From the IMG/VR virus record IMGVR_UViG_3300020172_002942, positions 1-61,944 of that record: a stretch of 61,944 nucleotides of DNA, one strand, 5' to 3'. The position numbers and the translations under genes were made by a program. Below are positions 55,023 through 61,944 of the stretch, piece after piece; the first letter of the stretch is position 1, and every line of letters begins with the position of its first letter. The notes below the pieces were generated by a model. It was given only the letters and a program-made list of their open reading frames with translations. It was not told the DNA's origin and ran no database searches. The stretch is from a virus. Its lineage: Duplodnaviria > Caudoviricetes.

Positions 55023-55250
55023 ATGAAACAATTTTTTTGTGATGAAACAGGTCAATTAAGTATGAAGCGTATATGTGGTTTGCTTTGTACCATAGCTTTA
55101 TGTACCACTATGTACCATAATAGCTTTAGTGATGAGCATACGGCTCCATCTCCAGTATTGGTAGAATCAGTAGCTTTATTAGCTTTTGGATGCCTAGGTT
55201 TAACAGCAGTAGAAAAAATATTTAAAAAAGAAAATAAAACTGAAGAATAA
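55023..55250 (+). CDS. Holin-like two-TM protein
   Basis: G..S.KR..G...LG.T..EK pattern; directly upstream of the endolysin. Confidence 0.6.
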   Translation: MKQFFCDETGQLSMKRICGLLCTIALCTTMYHNSFSDEHTAPSPVLVESVALLAFGCLGLTAVEKIFKKENKTEE

Positions 55251-55888
55251 TGATAACAGCAGATCAACTAAAGAAAATTTGTCCTAATCTTAAATTAGAA
55301 AGAGCCACTACATTGGCAGAACTTATCAATAAGGTATGCCCTAAATATGGTATTGACAACCCAGCAAGATTGCAAGCTTTTATTGCACAAATTGCACATG
55401 AAAGCGGGGAGTTTACAATTAAGCAAGAAAATATGAATTACACCACTCCTGCAAGACTTGTAGCTATATGGCCATCAAGATTTAATTTGACTGGAGAGGG
55501 TGGTAAAGCAAATGCTAACAACTATGTTCGTAATGCAGAAAAATTAGCTAACAAAGTTTATGCTAATAGAATGGGTAATGGCGATGCAGAAAGCGGTGAT
55601 GGTTACAGATACAGAGGTGGTGGATATATGCAATTAACTGGTAAAGAATCTTATGAGGCTTATGCAAAACATATTGGTATGGATATAGCAGAAGCAGCTA
55701 AGTTAGTTCACGATACGGATGAATATGCATTGGATTCAGCATGTTGGGAATACGCAATTGATAAGAAATTGAACGATGATGCTGATGCGAAAGATTTTGT
55801 TACCATAACAAAAAGAATTAATGGTGGCACGATTGGTTTGACTGAAAGATTAAAATACTATAAGCAGGCACAACAGGTCATCGTTTAA
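55250..55888 (+). CDS. GH19 (chitinase-like) endolysin
   Basis: F.AQ.AHESG, EN.NY, VYANRMGN, DG.RYRG.G..QLTGK, T.RINGG..GL..R. Confidence 0.92.
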   Translation: MITADQLKKICPNLKLERATTLAELINKVCPKYGIDNPARLQAFIAQIAHESGEFTIKQENMNYTTPARLVAIWPSRFNLTGEGGKANANNYVRNAEKLANKVYANRMGNGDAESGDGYRYRGGGYMQLTGKESYEAYAKHIGMDIAEAAKLVHDTDEYALDSACWEYAIDKKLNDDADAKDFVTITKRINGGTIGLTERLKYYKQAQQVIV

Positions 55889-55897
55889 AATAAACAT

Positions 55898-56905
55898 ATG
55901 GCATCCACAAATGGTAATGCAGACATTTCAAGGGAATACAGGAATAAATATCCTGATATGCCTTCAAAGAAATTAGCTCGGATTATTTACAACGAAAATA
56001 ATTTAGCTTTTAAAAATTGGGAATCGGCTTTATCTTCATTAAGATATATTGAAGGTAAGTTTGGTGAAAAACACCGATCTCATGCTACCGTAAAAAATAG
56101 TGAATTTTTAAAAGAAGAAGCTAGACCCTATAACCCATATAAATTGCCAGCTTCGGACGAAACAGCGTTTGAGCCATTTGTATTTAAAGGGCACAAGAGA
56201 ATTCTAATTCTTTCCGATATACACGTGCCATATCATAGCATAGATGCCATAACCGCAGCTTTACAATATGCTAAGAAAAGTAAACCTGACGCTTTACTTT
56301 TAAACGGAGATACTATAGACTGCCATCGTTTAAGCCGATTTATAAAAGACCCAAAGAAGCGTAACTTTAAACTAGAATTAGACACATTCAAGGCTTTGTT
56401 TGATGTGTTTGAGAAAGAGTTAAAGTGCAAGATATATTTTAAAATAGGCAACCACGAAGAAAGATACGAGCATTTCCTGTATGAAAAAGCAGGTGAGTTA
56501 GTAGGCATAGAGGAGTTTGAGTTTGAAAATATCATCAAGGCTAGGGCCAGAGGCATAGAAATTATTGGGGACAAGAGGCCAATGAAGCTAAACAATTTGT
56601 GGGGAATTCATGGCCACGAGTACGTAGGTGGTATTTCTGCCCCTGTTAACCCCGCTAGAGGCTTATTTTTAAAAGCCAAGGTAAGTACCTTCCAAGGCCA
56701 CAACCACCAAACAAGCGAGCATACAGAGCCAACATTGACAGGTAAGATGGTTACAACGTGGTCATTGGGTTGCCTATCCGAATTGCACCCAGCGTATATG
56801 CCATTGAACAAATGGAACCATGGCTTTGCAGAGATAGATTTAGATCCAAACGGGGAAGACTTTGAGTTTCATAATAAGCGTATCTTTAAGGGTAAAATAT
56901 TGTAA
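55898..56905 (+). CDS. Calcineurin-like metallophosphoesterase with N-terminal extension
   Basis: SDIH, NGD..D, GNHE, HGH, GH.H. Confidence 0.9.
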   Translation: MASTNGNADISREYRNKYPDMPSKKLARIIYNENNLAFKNWESALSSLRYIEGKFGEKHRSHATVKNSEFLKEEARPYNPYKLPASDETAFEPFVFKGHKRILILSDIHVPYHSIDAITAALQYAKKSKPDALLLNGDTIDCHRLSRFIKDPKKRNFKLELDTFKALFDVFEKELKCKIYFKIGNHEERYEHFLYEKAGELVGIEEFEFENIIKARARGIEIIGDKRPMKLNNLWGIHGHEYVGGISAPVNPARGLFLKAKVSTFQGHNHQTSEHTEPTLTGKMVTTWSLGCLSELHPAYMPLNKWNHGFAEIDLDPNGEDFEFHNKRIFKGKIL

Positions 56906-56909
56906 TCCC

Positions 56910-57332
56910 ATGAAGCCAAAGTTATATAAAACATATACATATAAGATACCAACCTTTTATGTTACTATGAAAATAATGGTAGCTGAAAAGATGTCCCACA
57001 TGCTTTCGGATAAAATATTTGAATTAGATGAAAATAAAGATAACTACGCAAAAACTGCTGCCGCAATGTGTCTTACATATAAGGACGATATATACCTTTG
57101 TTTACCAAACGAAGGCAAATTTGCCACTGAATTTATGTTTCATGAGATAATACACGCTAAAAACTTTGTTTATTCAAAAAGAGGAGTAAAGCTTGATGTA
57201 GATAATGATGAGAATGAGGCATACCTTGTCCAGTATATTTATAGCAAATGTGAGGACGCCAAAAAGAAATTCGCTAAATTTATATTAAATTCTCAAAAGC
57301 CTACTGATGAAAGCGTACCGAGTATATTTTAA
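56910..57332 (+). CDS. HExxH metallopeptidase-like protein (likely start is ATG 56910)
   Basis: HEIIH...DE..AYL. Confidence 0.65.
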   Translation: MKPKLYKTYTYKIPTFYVTMKIMVAEKMSHMLSDKIFELDENKDNYAKTAAAMCLTYKDDIYLCLPNEGKFATEFMFHEIIHAKNFVYSKRGVKLDVDNDENEAYLVQYIYSKCEDAKKKFAKFILNSQKPTDESVPSIF

Positions 57333-57477
57333 AAAAAACGGCATAAACCTAACTAAAATGGTCTATGCCGAATCTTTATTAGAAGTGCTTAATCAGTTCA
57401 AGGGGATTGATGTTTTAATGGTTAAGGAAATAGATGTGTTGCCAGACGGGGACATTGATATTATATCGTTGAATTAA
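57307..57477 (+). CDS. 56-aa hypothetical protein (MKAYRVYFKKNG...), not in the ORF track
   Basis: Open frame from ATG 57307 to TAA 57477 filling the gap. Confidence 0.55.
   Translation: MKAYRVYFKKNGINLTKMVYAESLLEVLNQFKGIDVLMVKEIDVLPDGDIDIISLN
57331..57370 (-). terminator. Intrinsic terminator for the leftward early genes
   Basis: Minus strand CGGCATAGACC-loop-GGTTTATGCCG plus T8. Confidence 0.65.
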
Positions 57478-57877
57478 CAATATCAATCATTTTATTAAGG
57501 CTATCTATCTGTGCTTGCTCATAGGTTAGCGAATCAAGAACAAATGTACTTTGAGTTGGTTGTCCTACATCCCTAGTAATTACTGAATGATTGTGAATGC
57601 CAATAGAACAATATATGTTATGCTTTTCTTTGAGCCAACTAAAGGCTTGTTGATATAATGGTGCACTGCACCAATTTGAATCTTTAAAATTTACTGAGTT
57701 AATCACATATGCTGTATCTGGTTCATCATACATGATCATTTTAGGTTCATTTTCAGCAGGGATATTCCACACACTCATCAAATCCCCATCATTTGCATAA
57801 CTGGTAAGACATTTTTCATCAAAACCTAATTTTTTAAGTTCTAATGCTTGGTCATAAGGGATAAATTCTTTGTTCAT
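57461..57877 (-). CDS. Conserved Bacteroidota-phage hypothetical protein
   Basis: EF.PY..AL.LK.LGFDE.C...APLYQQAF.W..EK. Confidence 0.75.
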   Translation of the reverse strand: MNKEFIPYDQALELKKLGFDEKCLTSYANDGDLMSVWNIPAENEPKMIMYDEPDTAYVINSVNFKDSNWCSAPLYQQAFSWLKEKHNIYCSIGIHNHSVITRDVGQPTQSTFVLDSLTYEQAQIDSLNKMIDIVNSTI

Positions 57878-57897
57878 AAGTTATTTATTTTAAAAAA

Positions 57898-58092
57898 TTA
57901 TAAAAGTTCTATTTTTTCAAGTTCATCATCGGTGTATGGTATTAAGCCAAGATGAGTTAATTTATCATTAATGTATATAAGTAACCAATAATCACTTAAT
58001 GAATTTGTATTTGGCATTTGTTCTCTAGCTTGATGACATAATATTTCAAACAACCTTTCATAATTTTTTCTAGTATGATAGTTTATCTTCAT
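57898..58092 (-). CDS. Hypothetical protein
   Basis: A-rich start in the leftward operon. Confidence 0.55.
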   Translation of the reverse strand: MKINYHTRKNYERLFEILCHQAREQMPNTNSLSDYWLLIYINDKLTHLGLIPYTDDELEKIELL

Positions 58093-58369
58093 AATTTTAT
58101 TTTTATTGGTTATTAAAAAGCATAAATTCTATCTTCCTTTTTTTTCTCTCTTAATTTACGATTATATATTTTTTCGCATTCTTTACACGATGAAGTACGC
58201 CCATCAAAGGCTGTCCTGTTTATGTAAAACTCTACCAGTTCCTTTACCAGTTGGCACTTTGCACATTTCTTTTTCATTTATAATCATTTTAAGTTTAGCA
58301 TTTTCAGCTTTTAATTCTTTTAATTGTTCCCTTAATGTATCATTCTCTAATTGAATGATATAATGGTCT

Positions 58370-58621
58370 TTAATCAGGTAATTGTTCTTCATTCTCATTT
58401 GTTTCGGGTAAAATAAATTTTCTATTTGTAAGAGGGTTTGTTGCCCATTTATTGTATAGATCATACATTTCCTCAAATCTTTCTTGGTCATACCAAGCAT
58501 TGTGATATAGTTCTGCAACTATCATTTGTCTTTCATAAGGTGTAAAGTCTGCGAATGTTGTAAAGTTTTGAGGTTCTGTTGGTGTTCCCAATACTTGTTC
58601 TACTACTGATTGTTTTTTCAT
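58370..58621 (-). CDS. Hypothetical protein
   Basis: A-rich start in the leftward operon. Confidence 0.6.
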   Translation of the reverse strand: MKKQSVVEQVLGTPTEPQNFTTFADFTPYERQMIVAELYHNAWYDQERFEEMYDLYNKWATNPLTNRKFILPETNENEEQLPD

Positions 58622-58656
58622 AATTTATTTTTTTTAGTGTGCGACCTAGTTTTAAG

Positions 58657-58863
58657 TTAAAAATCTTTTTTTACTGTAAGTACATGTACCTTCCCTATCT
58701 TATCATACCTTACGACCTCTGGCAAATCCATATTTTTTTTGATACGGTATTTAATAGCTTGCCTTGTAACGGGTGCGTTAGCGTTTTTATTTGATACCCT
58801 AAAATAATTGGGATCAATTGTAGCTACATAGTCTTTAATGCTAATTTGTTTAGTCTTTGTCAT
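58657..58863 (-). CDS. Putative HTH DNA-binding protein
   Basis: SIKDY...VTRQAI.YRIK...LP.V...KIG pattern. Confidence 0.6.
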   Translation of the reverse strand: MTKTKQISIKDYVATIDPNYFRVSNKNANAPVTRQAIKYRIKKNMDLPEVVRYDKIGKVHVLTVKKDF

Positions 58864-59056
58864 GTATTTCTAATTTTCTAATTACTTCAATAGTGGGTTC
58901 AGCTAAAAACCCGTTTACAATTTTTTCAAATAATTCATTTGCTTCTTCAAATTTTTTTGTGTAGGTTTCATTTACGTGTTCTCCATTTTTTGTAATATGA
59001 TACCATACATCTCCGTTAATCTCGGTTTTTTTTACTAATTCATAGTTTGTTGTCAT
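58850..59056 (-). CDS. Hypothetical protein
   Basis: Coupled ORF in the leftward operon. Confidence 0.6.
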   Translation of the reverse strand: MTTNYELVKKTEINGDVWYHITKNGEHVNETYTKKFEEANELFEKIVNGFLAEPTIEVIRKLEIHDKD

Positions 59057-59058
59057 AG

Positions 59059-59319
59059 TTAATTGGTTTTATAGTTTTTATTAAAATAATCTTCTCGTCC
59101 TTCATACTGAAATTGGTTTTCGTTCTTATGCCTATCCCATACATTTTGCTCCCCATCAGTAAAGGCTTGCTTAATTGCAATTTCTTCATAGTGTAAAAAT
59201 ACCTCGGCTAGCTTCATGCATTCCGTAGTGGTGTCCCTTACAATGTTTTCGTTAGTGGCTGGCATTGAGTCAATTGCTCTCTCAAAGGCTTTTAATAGCC
59301 TTGTAATTGGTGTTTCCAT
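59059..59319 (-). CDS. Hypothetical protein (E...I..AF..G...EDYF family)
   Basis: Pattern shared with ORF 59344 and the N-terminus of ORF 49736. Confidence 0.65.
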   Translation of the reverse strand: METPITRLLKAFERAIDSMPATNENIVRDTTTECMKLAEVFLHYEEIAIKQAFTDGEQNVWDRHKNENQFQYEGREDYFNKNYKTN

Positions 59320-59343
59320 AGTTTTGTTTATATTGTTATTAAA

Positions 59344-59574
59344 TTATTCTGCTGTGTCTTTATATTTAAGGAAAAACCATTTATCATGGCTCGTACCTTG
59401 GTTTCTCACGCCCTCATTAAAAACCTCTTTAAGTTCTTTTTCTTCATCATCTATAAGACTTTCGGCCATGTTCTTTGCTTGCATCAAGCCATAGTATTTA
59501 ATACCGCCTAACGTGTTCTTTTTAATTTCTTGTTCTAATTCATAAACAAGAGTTTCCATTGTAGTTTTCTGCAT
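59344..59574 (-). CDS. Hypothetical protein (KT.ME.L...E...L...FN.G family)
   Basis: Paralogous pattern. Confidence 0.6.
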   Translation of the reverse strand: MQKTTMETLVYELEQEIKKNTLGGIKYYGLMQAKNMAESLIDDEEKELKEVFNEGVRNQGTSHDKWFFLKYKDTAE

Positions 59575-59578
59575 TGTT

Positions 59579-59827
59579 TTATTTTTTAATTGTTTCTAAA
59601 ATAAGGTGCTCTATTTGGTGCCGTTGTTTTGGGGTTAATTTATGAGTAATAGTAATGGGTTGTTGGCAAAAAATAATGTCTAACTGATACAGCTGTATGT
59701 AATCATAGTTCCCGACCTCATGATAGCCATGCCCTTCTTCTATTTGCGATTGAACATGCTCAATTATGTACTGGGCCACAATCTCAAAGCCATTGTCATC
59801 GCATAGTGTTATGACGTTTTTTTGCAT
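59579..59827 (-). CDS. Hypothetical protein
   Basis: EE.HG.H pattern. Confidence 0.6.
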   Translation of the reverse strand: MQKNVITLCDDNGFEIVAQYIIEHVQSQIEEGHGYHEVGNYDYIQLYQLDIIFCQQPITITHKLTPKQRHQIEHLILETIKK

Positions 59828-59940
59828 AGTCTTACAATTTCATAGGCAGTCTGCCCGATTAATAATAGAGTACAAGCAAGGGGTACGCATACAAAGAAAA
59901 AGTACGCAAATCCCAATGTGCGAAAAAGAAATTTTCTCAT
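59809..59940 (-). CDS. 43-aa membrane peptide (MRKFLFRTLGFAYFFFVCVP...), not in the ORF track
   Basis: First ORF after the leftward promoter TACCTTTG at 59961-59968. Confidence 0.55.
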   Translation of the reverse strand: MRKFLFRTLGFAYFFFVCVPLACTLLLIGQTAYEIVRLCKKTS

Positions 59941-60008
59941 AGTGTTTTGGTTTAGGAAAACAAAGGTAATATTAATTTTGTTTTGAGCAAAATAATTAAT
60001 TAAATTAA

Positions 60009-60185
60009 CTAATTATCCTCTTTATCCCCATAAAAGTCTAGGGAATTGCCCTCCTCCTCGTAGTGTATTTTACTAATTTTTAGTTCCACCGAGGTTGAGT
60101 TATGCGGGATATTTAATTGATCACAAACGGCTGTCCAATCATGCCATTTTGCAAAGTCTTCGGGGTATAAATTTAATGTTGTCAT
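60009..60185 (-). CDS. 58-aa hypothetical protein (MTTLNLYPEDF...), not in the ORF track
   Basis: Open frame with a typical start context. Confidence 0.55.
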   Translation of the reverse strand: MTTLNLYPEDFAKWHDWTAVCDQLNIPHNSTSVELKISKIHYEEEGNSLDFYGDKEDN

Positions 60186-60230
60186 AAAGTAATTTTTAAG
60201 GGGTTTAAATTTGTTAATGTGCGACCTAGT

Positions 60231-60434
60231 TTAAGGTTGAACTTGTGTATTTTCAATAATCGCATAATACTTATCATATAAATCATTGAAAATGTCTTGT
60301 GCTTCTTCTGTGTAGTTAGTGCATTCTTCGTCTTCGCCTCCCTCCCAAATAGCTACTGACTGGCACCAATTTTCCTCTAGTTCATAGCTAGCCAATTCGC
60401 TGGCCAATTCGACAATGTTAATAGTTACATTCAT
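60231..60434 (-). CDS. Highly acidic early protein
   Basis: YTEEAQDIFN..YD.Y pattern; very Asp/Glu-rich. Confidence 0.7.
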   Translation of the reverse strand: MNVTINIVELASELASYELEENWCQSVAIWEGGEDEECTNYTEEAQDIFNDLYDKYYAIIENTQVQP

Positions 60435-60444
60435 AAAGTTTAGT

Positions 60445-60654
60445 TTAATTGTTTATTTCAGTTAATAATATTTGTTGCAAGTGAATAGGTAATTCAGTAC
60501 AAGAAATTATTTCTTCGTCATCAGTAAATAAATCGGCCTCCGCTTCTTCTATTGTACTATAAATAATTATTTTTTGAGAACCTCCAACATAACAGAGTAA
60601 ATCATCGCATTTTCGGTCATAAATAACATAATCATTTGAATTTAATTTTTTCAT
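60445..60654 (-). CDS. Acidic early protein
   Basis: Bounded by junction repeats. Confidence 0.65.
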   Translation of the reverse strand: MKKLNSNDYVIYDRKCDDLLCYVGGSQKIIIYSTIEEAEADLFTDDEEIISCTELPIHLQQILLTEINN

Positions 60655-60664
60655 AAAATTTAGT

Positions 60665-60868
60665 TTAATTGTTTATTTTTTTAAGATTATAAGGTACGCA
60701 ATCAAGGTAAAAATCAAAACTATACCCATAAACAGCCATTTCCTTGCCCATATTAATAAGGTCGGTATATTCTATACCCTTTTCAATTTCAAGGTCATTA
60801 TAACGGCTTAAAATAGCTTTTATTGGGTTGGGTAGCAATTCGGGTGCCTCAAATAAATCTTTTGCCAT
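60665..60868 (-). CDS. Acidic early protein
   Basis: DLF..PE.LP...GY.FD..LD..PY.L pattern. Confidence 0.7.
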   Translation of the reverse strand: MAKDLFEAPELLPNPIKAILSRYNDLEIEKGIEYTDLINMGKEMAVYGYSFDFYLDCVPYNLKKINN

Positions 60869-60873
60869 AAAGT

Positions 60874-61125
60874 TTAGTTTATTATTTCTTCAATTGTATT
60901 GCCATTTTTATCTAGTATTTCAATTAGGCTTGTGTCTGTTACGGTGTCATATAAATACTCGTAATCGTCCAAGTCATCATAAATAGTCCCATCTTTAATT
61001 TGGCTTAAAATTTGACTATTTGCGTCCTCTTGACTTGTTGCCTTTACATATTTTTTACTGCGTGTCCACATTTCAATACGTTGGTCAATGTGAAATTCAA
61101 ATAATTGTGTGTTTTCTGTTTGCAT
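60874..61125 (-). CDS. Acidic early protein
   Basis: Bounded by junction repeats. Confidence 0.65.
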   Translation of the reverse strand: MQTENTQLFEFHIDQRIEMWTRSKKYVKATSQEDANSQILSQIKDGTIYDDLDDYEYLYDTVTDTSLIEILDKNGNTIEEIIN

Positions 61126-61130
61126 AAAAT

Positions 61131-61673
61131 TTAGTTTAATTGTTTATTGTATTTAAATCTTTTTCCATTTTCTAGAAATTCGCATTCCATACCTTGCAAA
61201 TGATCCCCAATGCATTCGTCCGATATAAGCCATTCAAATTCTTCTTCTAGCATATTTAAGTAAGTTTGGCAAATATCATCTTTAAAAGCGTTATCGTTTT
61301 CATCTAGCTTTTCTTCCAATAATTCGCTATCTAAAACGTCCCCGTTTTCGTCCTTTTCGGCTTCTGCATAGGTTTTTTGTCTAGACTGAAGGTAACAATG
61401 TGCGTCCTTGTTTAGGGCCGTATTGTCCCCCCATTGAGCAATTATTTCTTTGGCAATTTTTTCTAAAGTTTCACTAAATTCAATATCTATTTTTTGGCTC
61501 GTTTCAAATTCAAAGGACTTTATATTTATGCCAAAACTTAACTTAGCGTCTAATATTGTGTCCTCCCACCAACCAAAATTGCCTAAAAAATATCGGTGGT
61601 CATTAAGGGCCGTTTCTTTTGCTGTGTCGTTTAATTCATTAAAAAAGTAGGTGTTAATTGTGTGCGTGTTCAT
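61131..61673 (-). CDS. Acidic early protein (F.EL...AK..A...WW...E.E.L.SDE...EF.ENG family)
   Basis: Recognisable widespread phage/plasmid pattern. Confidence 0.7.
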   Translation of the reverse strand: MNTHTINTYFFNELNDTAKETALNDHRYFLGNFGWWEDTILDAKLSFGINIKSFEFETSQKIDIEFSETLEKIAKEIIAQWGDNTALNKDAHCYLQSRQKTYAEAEKDENGDVLDSELLEEKLDENDNAFKDDICQTYLNMLEEEFEWLISDECIGDHLQGMECEFLENGKRFKYNKQLN

Positions 61674-61692
61674 TTGTTATAATTTTAAAGGT

Positions 61693-61920
61693 TTATTTGT
61701 CCATAAATTCAATAATATACTTTTTCTCTAGTGTGTCATAAATAGCCATTAATTCCGTAGGGTTGGCCCTATCTTTGCTAATTGTATGCTCGTTAAATTC
61801 TTCGGGCAAGTCAATTTTTGGTATGCTGTTTTTTATTTGTTGGTTTACAATCGTCAAAAATATAATAAACCCGACTAAGAAAAATAAGAGGCCGACCTGC
61901 AAAATGTCATCTTTTTTCAT
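61693..61920 (-). CDS. Single-TM early protein
   Basis: N-terminal hydrophobic helix; junction repeat at the start. Confidence 0.6.
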   Translation of the reverse strand: MKKDDILQVGLLFFLVGFIIFLTIVNQQIKNSIPKIDLPEEFNEHTISKDRANPTELMAIYDTLEKKYIIEFMDK

Positions 61921-61944
61921 AAAATTTAATTTAATTGTTTAATA

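Larger units (their letters stand above)
58638..60232 (-). repeat. Identical 15-bp intergenic motif AAACTAGGTCGCACA at 58638-58652 and 60218-60232
   Basis: Both copies lie just downstream of a stop codon and upstream of the next early gene. Confidence 0.8.
60432..61941 (-). repeat. Five copies of gene-junction repeat TAAACAATTAAACTAAA(C/T)TTTATG (+ strand starts 60432, 60652, 60866 partial, 61123, 61918 variant)
   Basis: Near-identical 16-27 bp units spanning the stop of one gene and the ATG of the next. Confidence 0.85.

Noticed and set aside
56862-56909. TTG start given by the ORF track for the HExxH protein
   Set aside because: Overlaps the phosphoesterase end; ATG 56910 just after its stop is more plausible
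58204-58518. 104-aa minus-strand ORF
   Set aside because: Its first half overlaps ORF 58370-58621 in another frame; only a shorter version starting near 58392 is plausible, so it was left uncalled
1023-59494. Short opposite-strand ORFs nested in long genes (for example 1023, 5282, 5578, 7679, 10044, 14414, 18720, 27789, 50424, 56233, 59216)
   Set aside because: Antisense shadows with no start context or recognisable motifs
1-61944. Stop-codon reassignment as in some crAss-like phages
   Set aside because: Genes are intact and densely packed in code 11; TAG and TGA act as normal stops
1-61944. tRNA, rRNA, integrase or IS elements
   Set aside because: None recognised; most intergenic gaps are short and explained by promoters, terminators or small ORFs

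Overview
This window holds most of an AT-rich, lytic-looking dsDNA tailed phage genome (podovirus-type, with a crAss-like head/tail module). The host is probably a Bacteroidota member: TAnnTTTG -7 promoters precede most transcription units and the starts are A-rich without Shine-Dalgarno sequences. From left to right it contains: an RHH regulator with three operators; a cluster of putative virion cargo genes; a leftward recombination block (YqaJ-like exonuclease, NinG); a non-coding ~440 bp array of many different paired palindromes and direct repeats; a replication block (DUF4373 initiator with internal ori, primase-helicase, SSB); terminase, portal, scaffold and major capsid genes; tail ring and muzzle genes, the muzzle apparently split in two; ejection proteins; a Gly-Thr-Ser repeat tail fibre; a four-enzyme glycosyltransferase island; a lysis cassette with a GH19 endolysin; and leftward early genes joined by a repeated junction. 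I recognised no DNA polymerase, RNA polymerase, integrase, tRNA, CRISPR array or reverse transcriptase. The two strongest leads are (1) a candidate phage-encoded cytoplasmic protein O-glycosylation system, pairing an Aah/TibC-type heptosyltransferase and a GT95/GT96-like enzyme with poly-Thr and GTS tracts on virion proteins, and (2) the heterogeneous operator-like array at 7107-7548, a possible DNA decoy sponge. All family calls come from motifs recognised by eye; no database searches were run.
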